A stretch of DNA of 64,000 bases from an uncultured Candidatus Rokubacteria bacterium (GCA_963762145.1 CAVXJS010000014.1:480001-544000), one strand, 5' to 3'; numbered from the stretch's first letter, positions 51,386 to 60,574 are shown. The notes: generated by a model not told the origin, from the sequence alone. Made by a program: numbers and translations.

Positions 51386-53011
51386 ATGAGCCGCCCGAGC
51401 CATCGCGACGCGTGCCAGGCCTTCCGCTGGGAGGAGAGCGCCCGCGCCATGGGCCTCCCGCCGGGCGCGCCGGTGAATCTCGGCCGGGCGATCGTGGACC
51501 GCCACGCCGCCTCCGGCCGCGTCGCGCTGCGGTGGTTCGGCAAGGGCGGAGAGGCGCGGACCTACACGTTCGACGAGCTCGCGCGGCTGACCGCCCGGTT
51601 CGCGAACGCGCTGCGGGAGCTGGGCGTCGGCCCCGGCGACCGGGTCGCGGGCTTCATGCCGCGCATTCCCGAGATGCTGATCGCCATGATCGGGACGTGG
51701 AAGGTGGGCGCGGTCTACGTGCCGATCTTCACCGGCTTCGGGCCCGACGCGGTCGAGTTCCGGGTGCGCCACAGCGGGGCACGGGTGCTGGTCACGCAGT
51801 GGGAGCAGCGTGGGCGGCTCCCCGCGCCCCTGCCGGACGGGGTCACGGTCGTCACGGTGGCCGGCGGCGCAGCCGGCACCGGAGGCGACGTGGACTTCTG
51901 GCGCGTGATGGACGGGCCGCCCGACGTGGCCCGATCGGTCGACGTCCGTGGAGACGATCCCGCGGTGCTGCTCTACACCTCGGGCTCGACCGGGCCGCCC
52001 AAGGGCGTGAAGATCGCGGCGAACTTCCTCGTGGCGATCCATCCCCACCTCGTCCACGGAGCGGATCTGCTGAGCGACGACGTCTTCTGGCCGACCGGCG
52101 ATCCCGGCTGGGGCTACGGGCTGGTCTGCTACATGGGCGCGCTCGCCCTGGGGGTGCCGGTGCTCTCGCACGAGGCCGCGCCGACGCCCGAGTTCTGCGT
52201 CGCGCGGGTGCGCGAGCTGGGCGTGACCAACCTCGCGACGACGCCGACGCTGCTGCGCGGGGTGATGGCCCTCGGCGCGGTCGCGGCGGGCGGCGGGACG
52301 CTGCGGGTGCGCAGCGCGAGCAGCTGCGGCGAGCCCCTCAACGCGGAGGTGGTCCGCTTCTTCCGGGAGCACTGGGGTGTCACCGTCCGCGACCAGTACG
52401 GCTCGAGCGAGTTCGGCCTGCCGATCGGCAACTTCGCCACCATCGAGATGGCGGTCAAGCCGGGCTCGATGGGGCTGCCGCTGCCGGGCTGCGAGATCGC
52501 GGTGGTCGACGACGCCGGCCGCGAGGTGGGCCCGGACGTGGTCGGCCACGTCGGGATGAAGCCGCACCCGGCGGGCTACTACTCCCTCGGCTACTGGGGC
52601 GACGAGGACCGGGACCGCGCGATGTACCGCGGCGAGTGGATGACCTGCGGGGATCTGGCGCGGCGCGACGGGGAGGGCTACTTCTGGTTCGAGGGCCGCG
52701 CCGACGACGTGATCAAGAGCGCGGGCTACCGCATCGGCCCCTTCGAGGTCGAGAGCGCGATCCTCAAGCACCCGGCGGTGGCCGAGGCCGCGGTGGTGGG
52801 CAAGCCCGACGCGCTGCGGGGCCACATCGTGAAGGCCTACGTCGTCCTCAAGCCGGGCCGCGCGGCGCAGACCGGGCTCGAGGCCGAGATCGTGGACGTG
52901 GTGAAGACGCAGCTGGGCCGGCACCAGTACCCCCGGGAGATCGAGTTCCTCGATCAGCTCCCGAAGACCGAGACCGGCAAGATCCAGCGGTTCCTGCTGC
53001 GGGGGCGATGA
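51386..53011 (+). CDS. Acyl-CoA synthetase (acetate/medium-chain type)
   Basis: YTSGSTGPPKG, GRADDVIKSAGYRIGPFEVE, PKTETGKIQR. Confidence 0.92.
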   Translation: MSRPSHRDACQAFRWEESARAMGLPPGAPVNLGRAIVDRHAASGRVALRWFGKGGEARTYTFDELARLTARFANALRELGVGPGDRVAGFMPRIPEMLIAMIGTWKVGAVYVPIFTGFGPDAVEFRVRHSGARVLVTQWEQRGRLPAPLPDGVTVVTVAGGAAGTGGDVDFWRVMDGPPDVARSVDVRGDDPAVLLYTSGSTGPPKGVKIAANFLVAIHPHLVHGADLLSDDVFWPTGDPGWGYGLVCYMGALALGVPVLSHEAAPTPEFCVARVRELGVTNLATTPTLLRGVMALGAVAAGGGTLRVRSASSCGEPLNAEVVRFFREHWGVTVRDQYGSSEFGLPIGNFATIEMAVKPGSMGLPLPGCEIAVVDDAGREVGPDVVGHVGMKPHPAGYYSLGYWGDEDRDRAMYRGEWMTCGDLARRDGEGYFWFEGRADDVIKSAGYRIGPFEVESAILKHPAVAEAAVVGKPDALRGHIVKAYVVLKPGRAAQTGLEAEIVDVVKTQLGRHQYPREIEFLDQLPKTETGKIQRFLLRGR

Positions 53012-53067
53012 CTACTCATGAGGGTGGGCCCGCGCCCGAGCCCAAGCCCAACTCCGAGGAGAATGCG

Positions 53068-53481
53068 ATGCCAGCCTACGAGGTGATCACCGGGCCGAGC
53101 CCCTGGCCGGCCCGCTACACGTTCTCGCCCGCGGTCCGCGCGGGCAACCTGCTCTTCATCTCGGGCATGACCGCGGGGGACGAGAGCGGCAAGATCGTCG
53201 GGCCCGGCGACATCGCGGCCCAGACGCGCTACATCTTCGAGAAGTTCGCCAGGCTCCTGGCCGCGACAGGCGGCGGCTTCGAGCACATCGTGCAGACCAC
53301 CGAGTACGTCACCACCACCGAGAACTACGGCAAGACCGCCGATGTCCGCCGCGAGTTCTTCAAGGGCCGCTTCCCGACCGCGACCGGCGTCATCGTGGCC
53401 GGCCTCCTGCGCGAGGGCGCGCTCATCGAGATCTCGGCCATCGCCGTCCTGCCCGATCCCAAGGGAGAACCTCATGCCTGA
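53068..53481 (+). CDS. RidA family protein
   Basis: FSPAVRAGNLLFISG, FPTATGV, IEISAIA; RBS GAGGAG. Confidence 0.9.
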   Translation: MPAYEVITGPSPWPARYTFSPAVRAGNLLFISGMTAGDESGKIVGPGDIAAQTRYIFEKFARLLAATGGGFEHIVQTTEYVTTTENYGKTADVRREFFKGRFPTATGVIVAGLLREGALIEISAIAVLPDPKGEPHA

Positions 53482-54196
53482 TACGCGCCTGATCGACCAG
53501 GCCTTCCAGCGCATCATGCGGAGCCTCGTGGACACCGGCCGGGCGCCCCACCACGCGGAGCTGGCGCGCGCCCTCGGCCTGGCCGCCGAGGAGGGCCGGA
53601 GCCTGCTGCGCGACGTCATGCAGGCGTACCCGATCGGCTGGCTCCATCCCGAGACCGACTACATCGCCTCGTTCCCGCCGCTCAACAACCTGCCCACCCA
53701 GTACCGGATCACGGTGCGCGGTGAGCAGCGCTGGTTCGCGCAGTGCGGGTTCGAGGCCACCTCCGCGACGTGGCTGTTCCCCGGCGAGACCGTCCGGGTG
53801 GACGCGCCGTGCCTCGACTGCGGCGATCCGGTCACGGTGGAGATGCGCGGCGGGCGCATCACCTGGGTGGATCCGCCCGAGGTCGTCGGCCATCTCGCCT
53901 TCGGGTTCGGCCCGTCGCGCGGCCGACCGTACTACCTCTGAACCGGCATGAACCTCTTCCGGTCGGAAGAGCACGCGCGCCGCTGGAGCCAGTTCGAGCC
54001 GCGGTCCGAGCAAGGCTTCATCAGCCTGGCCGAGCTGGCCGGGTTCTTCGGCACCGAGAGCCGCCGGCACATGCTGGACGGCGACTATCTCTCGTCGTGG
54101 TATCCCCGCCGCGCCGCCGAGCGGCGCGCGTACCTCGAGCGGATCGGCAAGACCTCGCCGTTCTGGATGGGAACGCCGGACCCGCCGGCGTCCTGA
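53474..54196 (+). CDS. MerB-like (organomercurial lyase family) selenoprotein, Sec at codon 156
   Basis: ORFs 53342..53941 and 53948..54196 are in frame across TGA 53939-53941. WFAQCGFE resembles MerB CxxD; YYL-U-TGMNLFRSEEHARRW resembles the MerB second-Cys region; SECIS follows. Confidence 0.85.
53954..53971 (+). promoter_or_regulatory. Bacterial SECIS element
   Basis: CTCTTCC-GGTC-GGAAGAG, a perfect 7-bp stem with a GGUC loop, starting 12 nt after the UGA. Confidence 0.8.
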
Positions 54197-54230
54197 TGAG
54201 GTAGACTCTGGGGCCGAAAGGAGCCCATCC

Positions 54231-55193
54231 ATGAAAGCGATCCGCGTCTCCGAGTACGGTGGTCCGGCGGTCCTGAAGCTCGAGGAGATTCCCGCGCCCC
54301 AGCCGGGACCCAACCAGGTGCTGGTGCGCAACCACGCCGTCGGCATCAATCCGGTGGACACCTACCTGCGGAGCAACACGGACAACCGCGGACCCAAGCT
54401 GCCCTACACCCCGGGCAGCGACGCGGCGGGCGTCGTCGACGCGGTGGGCTCGGGCGTGACCGCGGTGAAGAAGGGCGACCGCGTCTACGTGGGCGGGACG
54501 GCCACCGGCGCGTACGCCGAGTACGCGGTGTGCGAGCAGACCCAGGTGCACCCGCTCGCCGCCAACGCCACCTTCGCGCAGGGCGCGGCCGTGAACGTGC
54601 CCTACGCGACCGCATACCACGCGCTCTTCAACCGCGCCCACGGCGAGGCGGGCGAGACGGTGCTGGTGCACGGCGCGAGCGGCGGCGTCGGGATCGGCGC
54701 GGTGCAGCTCGCGCGGGCGCGCGGCCTCACCGTCATCGGGACCGCGAGCACCGAGAAGGGGCGGCGCCTGGTCGCCGAGCAGGGCGCGCACCACGTGCTC
54801 GACCACAGCGCGCCGGGCTATCTCGAGGAGTGCGCCAAGCTGACCGGCGGGCGCGGTCCCGACATCATCATGGAGATGCTGGCGAACGTGAATCTCCAGA
54901 AGGATCTGGGCGCCATCGCGCTGCGGGGGCGCATCGTGGTCATCGGCAATCGCGGCAACACCGAGATCAACGCGCGCATCGCCATGAACAAGGACGCGGC
55001 GATCCTCGGCATGGCCCTCAACCACGCCACCCCGGCCCAGCTCGCGGGCATCCACGCCGCGCTCGTGGAGGGGCTCCGCAACGGCTCGCTCCGCCCGGTC
55101 ATCGCCCAGGAGCTGCCGCTCGCGCAGGCCGCGCGCAGCCACGAGGTGGTGATGGAAGCCGGCCACCACGGCAAGGTCGTCCTCGTCCCCTGA
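54231..55193 (+). CDS. NADPH:quinone reductase (zeta-crystallin-like)
   Basis: PYTPGSDAAG, HGASGGVG; RBS AAGGAG. Confidence 0.92.
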   Translation: MKAIRVSEYGGPAVLKLEEIPAPQPGPNQVLVRNHAVGINPVDTYLRSNTDNRGPKLPYTPGSDAAGVVDAVGSGVTAVKKGDRVYVGGTATGAYAEYAVCEQTQVHPLAANATFAQGAAVNVPYATAYHALFNRAHGEAGETVLVHGASGGVGIGAVQLARARGLTVIGTASTEKGRRLVAEQGAHHVLDHSAPGYLEECAKLTGGRGPDIIMEMLANVNLQKDLGAIALRGRIVVIGNRGNTEINARIAMNKDAAILGMALNHATPAQLAGIHAALVEGLRNGSLRPVIAQELPLAQAARSHEVVMEAGHHGKVVLVP

Positions 55194-55194
55194 T

Positions 55195-55340
55195 GGGGTC
55201 AGGTCTTACATTCCGACATTTCTGCGCGCGGCGACTCGGTCGGGTCCCGTAACGGGGTCAGGTCTTGAATTACGACATTTCCTCGCGTGCGGCCTTCTGG
55301 CGCCGCGCGGCGGAAATGTCGTAATTCAAGACCTGACCCC
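55195..55340. repeat. REP cluster, three units
   Basis: Direct units at 55195 and 55254, inverted unit at 55315-55340. Confidence 0.92.
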
Positions 55341-56105
55341 TCAGAACGAGGCGGTGACGGGGCCGAGGGGGGTGAAGGTGGCCGCGATGCGGTCGCCGCG
55401 GGCGATGGGGTACTGGCGGGTGAACGAGCCCGACATCACCTTCATGCCGGCTTCGAGCGCCAGGCCGAGCTCGGCGAGCTTGTTGGCGAGCCACGCGATG
55501 GAAGCCGCGGGCGTGCCCAGCACCTCGGCGCCGGTGGCCCGGTCGGGGGCGCCCCCGTTCACGGACAGCTCCAGCGCCACCGTGGCGAGGTCGAAGCCCG
55601 CGGGCACGGGCACCGCCGCGCCGGTCACGTAGGCGCGCTGCTGGGCGTTGTCGGCCAGGCTCACGTTCAGGTCGGCCGCGAAGTCGCCGCGCTTCTCGAT
55701 GATCTCGAAGGCCGGCGCCATCGCGCTCAGCGCGGCCTGCGCCTGGTCGTCGGTGACGCCGGGCCCGCGCAGGGTGCGGCCCACCGTGAGGCAGAGCTCG
55801 TTCTCGAAGCCGGGATTGATCAGGTCCGCGAACTGAAAGCGCGTGCCGCTCGGCCGCTCGCCGCTGGCGAGCAGGAAGCCCAGTACCGGCTCGTGCACCT
55901 TCTGCTGGATCTGCATCGCCTTCGAGGTGAGGCCGACCTTCCAGCCGGCCTGCCGCTCGCCCGCGGCCACGTGGCGCGCGAGCACGCCGAGCTGCACCCG
56001 ATAGGCCTCCTCGCGGCTCAGCCGGCTCGTCCACTCGGCAGGCGGCGCGGTCCGGCAGCGGGCCGCGGTCCAGAACGCGGCGATGGCTTGCGCGGTGGTG
56101 CTCAC
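55341..56105 (-). CDS. 2-keto-4-pentenoate hydratase (MhpD)/FAH family
   Basis: GWKVGLTS, FENEL, ADNA, MSGSFT; GTGA overlap with the upstream gene. Confidence 0.88.
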   Translation of the reverse strand: MSTTAQAIAAFWTAARCRTAPPAEWTSRLSREEAYRVQLGVLARHVAAGERQAGWKVGLTSKAMQIQQKVHEPVLGFLLASGERPSGTRFQFADLINPGFENELCLTVGRTLRGPGVTDDQAQAALSAMAPAFEIIEKRGDFAADLNVSLADNAQQRAYVTGAAVPVPAGFDLATVALELSVNGGAPDRATGAEVLGTPAASIAWLANKLAELGLALEAGMKVMSGSFTRQYPIARGDRIAATFTPLGPVTASF

Positions 56106-58477
56106 GGCTCTCCCCGGCGGACCTGGCACACGTAGGACCGCAGCGCGACCGTCCCGCTGATCGGATCGGCGGAGTCGGGATCGATCAGGTTGTTGTAGTT
56201 GGCGCTGGCCGCGCCCTCCGCCGGGTAGCCCCCGAGCTGGAGGGGCTCGCACGGCTGCCACCAGCCGAACTGCGCGCAGACCACGTCGGGCGCGAGGCTC
56301 GGATTGAGGCGCGCCCGCGCCCGCATGGTGGCGCGCGGCGTCTCGATCAGCACCCAGTCGTCGCCCGCGATGCCGCGGGCCAGGGCCGCGTCCGGATGCA
56401 GCTCGACCTGCGGGTCGGGGCTGTGCCGCCGCAGGCGCGCCAGGCTCCGGTGCTGGCTGTGGCAGAACTGCACGACCTTGGCGGTGGTGAGCTGCAGCGG
56501 GAACCGGGCGGCGAGGTCGGGGCGGCTGACCGGGCTCGCGGCGGGCTCGACGAACTCGGGCAGCGGCGCCTGGCCGCACTGCTGGAGCTGCGCGGAGAAG
56601 ATCTCCACGCGGCGGCTCGGCGTGGCGAAGCCGACCGGGCCGTTGGCGCCGCGGGCCGCGTAGCGCTTGAAGCGCGGCTCGACGGTGGTGCGCACGCCGC
56701 CTGGGTTGTCGCGGAGCTGCTCGAGAGTGACACCGGTCGGCTCGAGCATGAAGCGGTGGCCCGCGTCCTCGTCGCCCTCCCAGAAGCGCTCGCCCAGGCC
56801 CAGGCGGCGGGCCAGCTCGCAGACGATCCAGATGTCCGAGCGCGCCTCGCCCCTCGGCTCCACCACCGCAGGCCGGAGCTGCACGTGCTGCTCGCCGTCC
56901 TGCGTGGGCCCGAAGCCCACCCGCAGCCCCTCGCGCTCCCACGCGGTGGACACCGGCAGCACCACGTCGGCGAGCGCGGCGGTGGGCGTCAGGAAGAGAT
57001 CGGCGTAGACGAGGAAGTCGAGGCTCGTGAGCGCGGCGCGCGCGGTGGCCGCGCCCGGCGCGGAGAGCAGCAGGTTGGTGCCGAAGCCGACCATCCCGCG
57101 CACCGGGTAGGGCGCGCCGTGGAGCATCGCGCGATAGGTGTCGGCCGAGACGGGCCACCCCTGGCGGGCGGGCCCGAGGGGCCGCCCGGCCAGGCCGAGC
57201 GCCTTCGCGCGCTGCCGCTCCGGAAGCAGCGCGAGCGGGGCCAGGTCGTTGACCGCCGGGCGGCTCGGCCGCACGTTGCCGCCGGGCGCGTCGAAGCACC
57301 CGGTGAGCGCGTAGAGGAGCGAGAGCGCGCGCACGGTCTGGCTCGCGTTGGTGTGCTGCTCGAGCCCCGTCCAGTGGAAGTAGGAGACCGGGCGCCGCTC
57401 CCACAGCAGGCGCGCGGTCTCGACGATCTGGGCCGCCGGGACGCCGGTGATCTGCTCCACGCGCTCGGGCGAGTACTCGCGGCAGAGCGCGGCGTAGGTC
57501 TCGAATGCGGGCACGCACGTGACGGGGCCGGAGCGCGTCATGCACCGCACGGTCCCGTCGAGCTGCGGGTCGCCGATCGGCTCGATGTAGTCGGCGGTGG
57601 CCGGATCGTACGCCACCGGGCGAAGAGCGGCGCGATCCCACGCAACATAGTGTCCGGGGCTGCCCACCGCGGAGAGATCGGCCGCGCTGAGGAGGCGGCC
57701 GTTGTCGGCGCGCACCAGGAACGCTCCGTTCGACCAGTCGCGGATGAAGTCGCGGTCGTACCAGCCCTCCGCGATCATGACCGCGGCCAGCCCCAGCGCG
57801 AGCGCGCCGTCGGTCCCGGGGCGCACGCGCAGCCACTGATCCGCGCGGGCCGCCGCCCCCGCGTGGCGCGGGTCCACCACGATCAGCGCCGCCCCGCGCG
57901 CCGTCATCTCGGAGACGGCGGTGGCCTGGGCCAGATAGGTGGCCGACGGGTTGTGCCCCCAGAGCAGGAGACAGCCGGTGCGATCGAAGTCGGGGGTGCC
58001 GATGTCCACCCCGAACGTGAACGGGGTGACGAAGTCCCGGTGCCAGGCGCACAGCTCCTCGCCCCAGACCAGGTTCGGGCTGCCGAAGGCGCGAATCAGC
58101 CGGAGGATCCAGAGGAAGCCGTCGGAGACCGCGGTTCCCGCCGGGGTCGTGCAGCCGAAGGCCACGCCCTCCGGCCCGTGCCGCCGCGCGACCTCGCGCA
58201 TCTTCGCCGCGGTCCAATCGAGCGCGGCGTCCCAGCTGATGCGCTCCCAGCCCGCGTCCGGGTCCGACTTGGGCCGCGTGCGGCGCATCGGGTAGAGCAG
58301 CCGGTCCTCCGCGTAGACCAGCTCCGGGGCGGCGCGGCCCTTCACGCAGAGGCTGGCGCCGGTGGGGTGCGAGGGATCAGGCTCGACCGCGACGAGCCGC
58401 CCGTCCTCCACCACCGAGACGCAGCCGCACCGGGAGCGGCAGAGCGCGCAGAAGCCCTGGATCCGCCGGGTGGCCAT
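56102..58477 (-). CDS. Molybdopterin oxidoreductase (Cys-ligand, acetylene-hydratase-like clade)
   Basis: CALCRSRC...LCVKG, GEELCAWH, FCHSQH; ATG overlaps the SDR stop (TGATG). Confidence 0.88.
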   Translation of the reverse strand: MATRRIQGFCALCRSRCGCVSVVEDGRLVAVEPDPSHPTGASLCVKGRAAPELVYAEDRLLYPMRRTRPKSDPDAGWERISWDAALDWTAAKMREVARRHGPEGVAFGCTTPAGTAVSDGFLWILRLIRAFGSPNLVWGEELCAWHRDFVTPFTFGVDIGTPDFDRTGCLLLWGHNPSATYLAQATAVSEMTARGAALIVVDPRHAGAAARADQWLRVRPGTDGALALGLAAVMIAEGWYDRDFIRDWSNGAFLVRADNGRLLSAADLSAVGSPGHYVAWDRAALRPVAYDPATADYIEPIGDPQLDGTVRCMTRSGPVTCVPAFETYAALCREYSPERVEQITGVPAAQIVETARLLWERRPVSYFHWTGLEQHTNASQTVRALSLLYALTGCFDAPGGNVRPSRPAVNDLAPLALLPERQRAKALGLAGRPLGPARQGWPVSADTYRAMLHGAPYPVRGMVGFGTNLLLSAPGAATARAALTSLDFLVYADLFLTPTAALADVVLPVSTAWEREGLRVGFGPTQDGEQHVQLRPAVVEPRGEARSDIWIVCELARRLGLGERFWEGDEDAGHRFMLEPTGVTLEQLRDNPGGVRTTVEPRFKRYAARGANGPVGFATPSRRVEIFSAQLQQCGQAPLPEFVEPAASPVSRPDLAARFPLQLTTAKVVQFCHSQHRSLARLRRHSPDPQVELHPDAALARGIAGDDWVLIETPRATMRARARLNPSLAPDVVCAQFGWWQPCEPLQLGGYPAEGAASANYNNLIDPDSADPISGTVALRSYVCQVRRGEP

Positions 58478-59226
58478 CAGACGGCGAGAAAGCCCCCGTC
58501 CACCACCAGCTCGGTCCCGGAGATGTACGAGGCCTCGTCGGAGGCCAGAAACAGGACCGCGTGGGCCACCTCCTCGATCCGGCCCTCGCGCCTCAGGGGG
58601 ACGGCGTCGAGCAGCGGCTTCCGCCAGACCGGGTCGGCCGAGCCCTTGGAGGTCCGCATCGGGGGAAGAAAGCCCGGGTGCACCGAGTTCACCCGGATGC
58701 CGTCCTTCCCGTACTGCACCGCGCCCGACTTGGTCATGATGCGCACCGCGCCCTTGGAGGCGTTGTAGCCCATGTGGATCTTGTCCTGCCCCACGAACCC
58801 GGAGATCGACGAGATGTTCACGATGGACCCGCCGCCGCTCTTCCGCATGACCGGGACCGCGTGCTTCATGCCGAGGAAGACGCCCTTGGCGTTGATGTTC
58901 ATCAGGCGGTCCCACGCGGCGGTGCTCTCGTAGTCGGGATCGTGCGTGCCGCTGATCCCCGCGTTGTTGACGAGGATGTCGAGCCGCCCGTACGCGGCCA
59001 CGGTGGCCTTGATCGCGGCTTCCCAGTCCGCCTCGCTCGCGACGTCGAGTTTCACGAACTGCGCGCGGCCGCCCGCGCCGGTGATGTTCGCCGCGACCTT
59101 CTGCCCGTCGGCGTCCACGTCCGCGACGATGACGCTCGCGCCCTCGCGCGCGAAGATCACCGCCTCGCTCTCGCCCATTCCATGCGCGGCGCCGGTGACG
59201 ATGGCCACTTTGTCCTTGAGTCTCAT
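58477..59226 (-). CDS. SDR oxidoreductase
   Basis: TGAAHGMG, NNAGI, YNASK; RBS AAGGAGGAG. Confidence 0.92.
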   Translation of the reverse strand: MRLKDKVAIVTGAAHGMGESEAVIFAREGASVIVADVDADGQKVAANITGAGGRAQFVKLDVASEADWEAAIKATVAAYGRLDILVNNAGISGTHDPDYESTAAWDRLMNINAKGVFLGMKHAVPVMRKSGGGSIVNISSISGFVGQDKIHMGYNASKGAVRIMTKSGAVQYGKDGIRVNSVHPGFLPPMRTSKGSADPVWRKPLLDAVPLRREGRIEEVAHAVLFLASDEASYISGTELVVDGGFLAV

Positions 59227-59261
59227 CGCGGTCTCCTCCTTGAAGTCAGGATGATAGAGGT

Positions 59262-59280
59262 TTATCCACAGCTATTCACA
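59262..59280 (+). promoter_or_regulatory. Two DnaA boxes upstream of a sigma70 promoter
   Basis: TTATCCACA (perfect) and CTATTCACA; TTGACA at 59301, TAGGCT at 59325. Confidence 0.7.
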
Positions 59281-59338
59281 AAACTTTCTTTGTCATCGTC
59301 TTGACACATCACCACCGACTTCACTAGGCTCCTCATCC

Positions 59339-59581
59339 ATGCAGGCGAGTCGCAAGCCGCTGGCGAAGGTGGAAGGGCGTCGGAAGCTTCGGCTGAGCGG
59401 CCTCACCATCGCGTGGCGCGGCACGCCGGACCTCGATGACTGGGTTGCGTATCTCGCGACCCGCACGAAGTCGAAGAAGCTGATCCTCGCGGACCAGGTG
59501 TCCGAACGAAAGGTCAACGCGCTGCTGTCGCGGCTGTCCAGCCTCTCGCGGCGACAAGTCGAGAAGCTGGCCAAGGGGTAA
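59339..59581 (+). CDS. Small basic hypothetical protein (80 aa), probably leaderless
   Basis: Own promoter ending 8 nt before the ATG; K/R-rich. Confidence 0.75.
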   Translation: MQASRKPLAKVEGRRKLRLSGLTIAWRGTPDLDDWVAYLATRTKSKKLILADQVSERKVNALLSRLSSLSRRQVEKLAKG

Positions 59582-59606
59582 ATCAGGGCCCAAGGTGGGC
59601 ACGCGA

Positions 59607-59638
59607 CTATCCACAGTTGTGGATAGGTCTGTGCATAG
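59607..59638. promoter_or_regulatory. Three DnaA-box-like 9-mers
   Basis: CTATCCACA (59607), inverted TGTGGATAG (59618) and TGTGCATAG (59630). Confidence 0.65.
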
Positions 59639-59684
59639 CTCCACCCATATCTCCCTAACTACCTGTTTCTGTAGGGTAATTCTT

Positions 59685-60551
59685 CTACCCCTTTTCCACG
59701 GTTCGGCGCTCCACGGCGAGCAGTTTCTCGAGGTCGATCACGCCCAGCATCTCGTGCTCGAGCGGGCCCCAGTCGGCCTTCGCCTGGCCCGCCCCGAAGC
59801 CGGCGGCCAGATCCGCGTAGACCTTCTTCCACGCCGCGAACGCGGCGAGCAGCGGCGTGGACGGATCCGCGACGATGCGGAAGCCGAGCGCGCCGAGATC
59901 CGTGAGCGACATGCCGAGGCCGGCGAGACCGCCGCGCCCCGCCAGATACATGAGCGGGCCGCCGAGCCGCTCGCCGATGAGCCGGAGCTGCTCGGACGTG
60001 TTCGCCATCGAGAGTAGCAGCACGTCGGCGCCCGCCTTGCGATAAGCCTCGCCGCGACGGAGCGCGTCGTCCATCGTGCTGGCGCGCACCGCGTTGGTGC
60101 GCCCGATGACGAGGAAGTCCGGGTTGCGCCGCGCCGCCACCGCGGTCGCCACCTTGGCCGCCATCAGCTCCACCGGGATCATGTGCTCGATGCCGATGTG
60201 GTGGTGCGCGCGCTTCGGCACGAGCTGGTCCTCGATCTCGATGCCCGCGAAGCCGGCCGCCTCGCTCATGCCGATGGTGCGGTGCATGTGCATCGGGTCG
60301 CCGTAGCCGCAGGCCCCGTCCAGGATGAGCGGCAGGCGCGAGACCGCGCCGATGTCGAGGGCGGCCTGGCACATCTCGGTGAGGTTGAGATTCGCCTCGA
60401 GGGCCACCTTCTGATACCCGGTGGCGCCCCCGCCCAGGTAGCCGGCGGGAAAGCCGGCCGCCTCGACCATGCGGGCCATCAGCGGGTTCAGCACGAGGGG
60501 CGCGGTGACGGGCAGCGGGCCCTGCATCAGGGCGCGGAGCGGCGTGGGCAT
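59685..60551 (-). CDS. Isocitrate lyase/PEP mutase family protein
   Basis: PLILDGACGYG, IEDQLVPKRAHH, IGRTNA. Confidence 0.9.
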   Translation of the reverse strand: MPTPLRALMQGPLPVTAPLVLNPLMARMVEAAGFPAGYLGGGATGYQKVALEANLNLTEMCQAALDIGAVSRLPLILDGACGYGDPMHMHRTIGMSEAAGFAGIEIEDQLVPKRAHHHIGIEHMIPVELMAAKVATAVAARRNPDFLVIGRTNAVRASTMDDALRRGEAYRKAGADVLLLSMANTSEQLRLIGERLGGPLMYLAGRGGLAGLGMSLTDLGALGFRIVADPSTPLLAAFAAWKKVYADLAAGFGAGQAKADWGPLEHEMLGVIDLEKLLAVERRTVEKG

Positions 60552-60574
60552 GCGTTCTCTCCCGGGCTCGAGGG

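Noticed and set aside
53474-54196. MerB-like gene as a nonsense pseudogene or two separate genes
   Set aside because: The stop falls at the expected catalytic Cys and is followed by a correctly spaced SECIS; errors elsewhere in the window are indels, not substitutions.
48116-55340. Repeat-spacer-repeat units as a CRISPR array
   Set aside because: Units are inverted, dispersed, at most three per locus, with irregular spacers and no cas genes.
59255-59690. Chromosomal oriC
   Set aside because: No dnaA, dnaN or gidA context and no clear unwinding element; kept only as a DnaA-box cluster.
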